A stretch of DNA of 63,539 nucleotides, counting the filler, from Folioceros fuciformis (Eukaryota), in the NCBI GenBank assembly GCA_049999805.1. It is 13 parts of 13 records of this genome, joined end to end, with 100 filler letters (N's around TTAATTAATTAA, not from the genome) between each part and the next. Parts side by side here need not be neighbours in the genome. Positions count along the whole stretch, not along the records: positions 59,216 to 60,426 come from JBNGIO010004500.1; positions 60,527 to 62,178 come from JBNGIO010004501.1; positions 62,279 to 63,539 come from JBNGIO010004502.1; 10 more parts are not named here. One strand, given 5' to 3'. The notes beneath the pieces are model-generated. The model did not search any database, was not told the origin of the DNA, and was given only the letters and a program-made list of their open reading frames with translations. Positions 59,216 through 63,539 of the stretch are shown here, in pieces (position 1 is the first letter of the stretch; every line of letters begins with the position of its first letter). The position numbers and the translations under genes were made by a program.

Positions 59216-59740
59216 TTGATTATGAGGTGACAAATGCATGTGCTATCTTTTCTACTCCGGATGCAGATGATATATGGGCTTCTGTTCAACCTCCACCTGA
59301 AAATGAAGTTGTCGACGTTGAAAATTCTTTTGAAGAATATTATGAAGAAAGGCCTATTTTAGGTCGTGCTCAAGTAGAAGATGCACGTGGGGTGATACGC
59401 ATGTTTTTGAAGCAACAACCAAATGATATGATGTCTACAATTAGGAATTTGCAACAAATCGAGAAAGAAGTTTTAAAGCAAGTTAGGTCCTCTTTGAAAC
59501 AAGTAGAAATAACCCGTTTTTTTAAGCCATTTTGAAGTTCANNNNNNNNNNNNNNNNNNNNNNNNNNNNNNNNNNNNNNNNNNNNNNNNNNNNNNNNNNN
59601 NNNNNNNNNNNNNNNNNNNNNNNNNNNNNNNNNNNNNNNNNTTTTATTTTTTATAAATACTTAAATTCTCTATATGTTACACCTCCTTAAATATTACCCA
59701 ATGCCCTACTCCCAACATGTAACACTTAGGGAGGGTGGAG
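59216..59740 (+). mobile_element. C-terminus and probable right end of a pogo/Tigger-type (Tc1/mariner) transposon; ORF part repeated at 60101-60426
   Basis: An acidic stretch is followed by EDARGVIRMFLKQQ...LKQVEITRFFK*, the KQxxIxxFF ending typical of pogo/CENP-B-like transposases. The candidate terminus ...CCCAACATGTAACACTTAGGGAGGGTGGAG is followed by TA (59741-59742). Confidence 0.55.
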
Positions 59741-61361
59741 TAATGGCATAAGGTGGCATAAGTGAAATAAGGTGAAAGTTAAAAGTAGAAAGGTGAAAGC
59801 TAAATCTAGAGCTGTCCTAATGAAGAAGCAAGTATGCTTCTTGCTGCCTTTGAAAACAAATTGTGTGTTCCAGGCAAAACCTCCTAAGAAGGATGGAGTT
59901 GTAATGACCACTAGTATTCTAGGATGAGTGGTGTGTATAATTCCCAGTTTTAGCAGTGGCTTAGCTGTGGAGTATAAACAGGCCAGTGTTAGGGTCTTAA
60001 NNNNNNNNNNNNNNNNNNNNNNNNNNNNNNNNNNNNNNNNNNNNNNNNNNNNNNNNNNNNNNNNNNNNNNNNNNNNNNNNNNNNNNNNNNNNNNNNNNNN
60101 TTGATTATGAGGTGACAAATGCATGTGCTATCTTTTCTACTCCGGATGCAGATGATATATGGGCTTCTGTTCAACCTCCACCTGAAAATGAAGTTGTCGA
60201 CGTTGAAAATTCTTTTGAAGAATATTATGAAGAAAGGCCTATTTTAGGTCGTGCTCAAGTAGAAGATGCACGTGGGGTGATACGCATGTTTTTGAAGCAA
60301 CAACCAAATGATATGATGTCTACAATTAGGAATTTGCAACAAATCGAGAAAGAAGTTTTAAAGCAAGTTAGGTCCTCTTTGAAACAAGTAGAAATAACCC
60401 GTTTTTTTAAGCCATTTTGAAGTTCANNNNNNNNNNNNNNNNNNNNNNNNNNNNNNNNNNNNNNNNNNNNTTAATTAATTAANNNNNNNNNNNNNNNNNN
60501 NNNNNNNNNNNNNNNNNNNNNNNNNNACATTTGATTACTTTGTAACCCACTTTCAAATATAGGCACAAGGCTTATCTTCTAAACATTTGATTACTTTTGT
60601 AACTCACTTTCAAATATAAGCATAAGGCTTCATCTTCTAGACATTTGATTACTTTGTAACCCACTTTCAAATATAGGCACAAGGCTTCAAGATTACGAGA
60701 TCCACAAATTAAATACACTTTTGAGTGCCCAAGCTCACAAGCCTTGTTTCCATTGCATTGAGAAGTTCTCTTCCCACAAGTCTTCCCCTAGATAGCATAT
60801 CTCAAGAAAGTAGTCTTCTGTGCATTTCCTTCTCGACAACTCTTCACGACAATTTAGTTGCGAGCTGCATGGTAACCATACTTGNNNNNNNNNNNNNNNN
60901 NNNNNNNNNNNNNNNNNNNNNNNNNNNNNNNNNNNNNNNNNNNNNNNNNNNNNNNNNNNNNNNNNNNNNNNNNNNNNNNNNNNNTAAGTGTTCCATGTGC
61001 CTCCCGCTAATGGCCTTGAATAAGGCTTGAATTTAAAGAGGTATATGTTATTTTGTGGTAGGGCCCAAATTCAAGGTCTTAGAGTCTTACAACTTGGGAG
61101 ACTTGATCTTGGCACATAAGTTGGATGAAAACATTTGACCCACTATTACCCTTATTATATAAGCTATCACTCTCAATAGACATGATGCTAGTTAATAATA
61201 AAAAAATATAAATATTTAATACTAAGTACAATCATAATTGCTAGCTAATAATATAAAATACNNNNNNNNNNNNNNNNNNNNNNNNNNNNNNNNNNNNNNN
61301 NNNNNNNNNNNNNNNNNNNNNNNNNNNNNNNNNNNNNNNNNNNNNNNNNNNNNNNNNNNNN

Positions 61362-61645
61362 GATTAACTCGTGACAATAATACTTCAATAATCCAATAAT
61401 ACTTTGATTCCAAAAATTGATTAACTCGTGACAATAATACTTCAATAATCCAATAATACTTTGATTCCAAAAATTGATTAACTCGTGACAATAATACTTC
61501 AATAATCCAATAATACTTTGATTCCAAAAATTGATTAACTCGTGACAATAATACTTCAATAATCTAATAGTACTTTGATTCCAAAAATTGATTAACTCGT
61601 GACAATAATACTTCAATAATTCAATAATACTTTGATTCCAAAAAT
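61362..61645. repeat. 57-bp AT-rich tandem repeat, 5 copies
   Basis: GATTAACTCGTGACAATAATACTTCAATAATCCAATAATACTTTGATTCCAAAAATT is repeated with no variable spacers. Confidence 0.93.
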
Positions 61646-62075
61646 TCTTTTAAATGTTAATATTTTTTAGATTATATTATAGAGTAATATTATAATAGGA
61701 AAAATTAACATGTATATCAATGACCCATCCCATGGATGTTATGATAATATAGATTAAACAACTCACATTGAACCCACAATATTCAAACAATCTTCAATGA
61801 TAGATAATAGAGACTTAGAAAATGCTCAATAATAGATATACATAAGAAATAAATATAGGGGAAATAATGATAGGGAGGCTCCCCTTATATGGGCTAAGAA
61901 GTCTATTCTAATGTAATACTAAAATAGTGATCTCTATTTTCTAAGCAACATAAAAAAACCTTAAGGTAGTAAAAAAATAATATATGAAAAAGCTATTAAA
62001 ATAAAAAGCCAAGCTATGTATAAAAGCTTTTAGAAAGATAGAGGCAATTGTAGTTATTGAACACTCGAAACAATG

Positions 62076-62178
62076 TTCTTCTATATAGGAGAGAATAGAG
62101 AATTTCTTCTATATAGGAGAGAATAGAGAATTTCTTCTATATAGGAGAGAATAGAGAATTTCTTCTATATAGGAGAGA
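62076..62178. repeat. 28-bp tandem repeat
   Basis: TTCTTCTATATAGGAGAGAATAGAGAAT, ~3.7 copies. Confidence 0.9.
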
Positions 62179-62278
62179 NNNNNNNNNNNNNNNNNNNNNN
62201 NNNNNNNNNNNNNNNNNNNNNNTTAATTAATTAANNNNNNNNNNNNNNNNNNNNNNNNNNNNNNNNNNNNNNNNNNNN

Positions 62279-63539
62279 AATCCAGAGTTTGACAACAAAC
62301 TACGCATCCTCTCTTGGATGGTCCTATTCATCCGTTCAGCCACACCATTCTGGGGAGGAGTATACGGCGCAGTCAATTCTCTCTTGATTCCCTTAGAATC
62401 ACAGAATGACTGGAAAGCCTTCGAGACATACTCTCCCCCATTGTTTGTCCTTAGACACTTCAGTTAGAGGCCAGACTGAGCCTCCACAAGGGTGACGAAT
62501 TTCTGAAACATTGTTAGAACATCGTCCTTTTTCCTCAAAGGATAAACCCACACCTTGCGTGAGAAGTCATCAATGAAAGTGACAAAATAAGATGCACCGC
62601 CTAACAATACAGTGGGCATAGGTCCACAAACGTCACTNNNNNNNNNNNNNNNNNNNNNNNNNNNNNNNNNNNNNNNNNNNNNNNNNNNNNNNNNNNNNNN
62701 NNNNNNNNNNNNNNNNNNNNNNNNNNNNNNNNNNNNNAACCGACTATGCCATAAGGAAACACTTGGTTGTTCCGTTACACAAATCATATGATCCTTGACA
62801 GTGGTTACCTGAAGCGAGTACAAAGTGCCACACTTCGATCCACGAGCTAACACAAGAGAACCTTTGGAGACCTTCCAAGAATTATCTCCAAACCAACAGT
62901 GGTAGCCAACGTCATCCAATTGCCCTGCATTAATCATGCTTTTTGTCAACTTCGAAACATGCCTAACATCCTTCATTGTGAATGAAGATCCAATGTCAAA
63001 CTTCAGCCGCACATCACCAATGCCTGCAATCTCGCATGCGTAGTTATTTCCAAGCCGAACACATCCTTTCCTAGTAGCATNNNNNNNNNNNNNNNNNNNN
63101 NNNNNNNNNNNNNNNNNNNNNNNNNNNNNNNNNNNNNNNNNNNNNNNNNNNNNNNNNNNNNNNNNNNNNNNNNNNNNNNNAATCCAGAGTTTGACAACAA
63201 ACTACGCATCCTCTCTTGGATGGTCCTATTCATCCGTTCAGCCACACCATTCTGGGGAGGAGTATACGGCGCAGTCAATTCTCTCTTGATTCCCTTAGAA
63301 TCACAGAATGACTGGAAAGCCTTCGAGACATACTCTCCCCCATTGTTTGTCCTTAGACACTTCAGTTAGAGGCCAGACTGAGCCTCCACAAGGGTGACGA
63401 ATTTCTGAAACATTGTTAGAACATCGTCCTTTTTCCTCAAAGGATAAACCCACACCTTGCGTGAGAAGTCATCAATGAAAGTGACAAAATAAGATGCACC
63501 GCCTAACAATACAGTGGGCATAGGTCCACAAACGTCACT
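62279..63539 (-). mobile_element. Ty1/Copia pol fragments (protease region, pre-integrase, integrase)
   Basis: MKDVRHVSKL..GQLDDVGY, SLWHSR, SDVCGPM..FIDDFSRKVWVY, LRTNNGGEY and PQNGVAERMNRTI. 62279-62637 is repeated at ~63181-63539. Confidence 0.92.

Noticed and set aside
25898-62278. Recurrent TTAATTAATTAA palindrome
   Set aside because: Always centred in N runs; an artificial six-frame-stop linker, not biology.

Overview
Eukaryotic DNA from a non-flowering land plant with compact, GC-rich genes and short GT-AG introns. A DNMT3+DUF3444 gene argues against an angiosperm; hornwort- or lycophyte-like is only my inference. The window is not contiguous: it is 13 scaffolds joined by artificial N-TTAATTAATTAA-N linkers, so neighbourhoods only count within one piece. 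Scaffold 1 (1-25897) is gene-dense. It holds the C-terminal half of a prokaryote-type amino-(N4C/N6A) DNA methyltransferase, a truncated PIF/Harbinger transposase and a 1.63-kb Mutator-like element with a 9-bp TSD. It also holds an ankyrin-repeat kinase (VIK/ILK), GPAT9, DNMT3, a plastid DUF3110-like gene, an F-box gene, an inverted GPAT9 pseudogene fused to an F-box fragment, and MECR. Later scaffolds hold a foldback element plus minisatellite before DUF1995-like exons, a double-A20/AN1 zinc-finger ORF broken by one stop, an ECT/YTH gene, an intronless IGPS and a partial SEUSS-like gene. The rest is Copia, Gypsy-accessory and pogo debris. The best lead is the bacterial-type amino-methyltransferase ORF at the left edge, possibly carried by a mobile element, about 10 kb from DNMT3.
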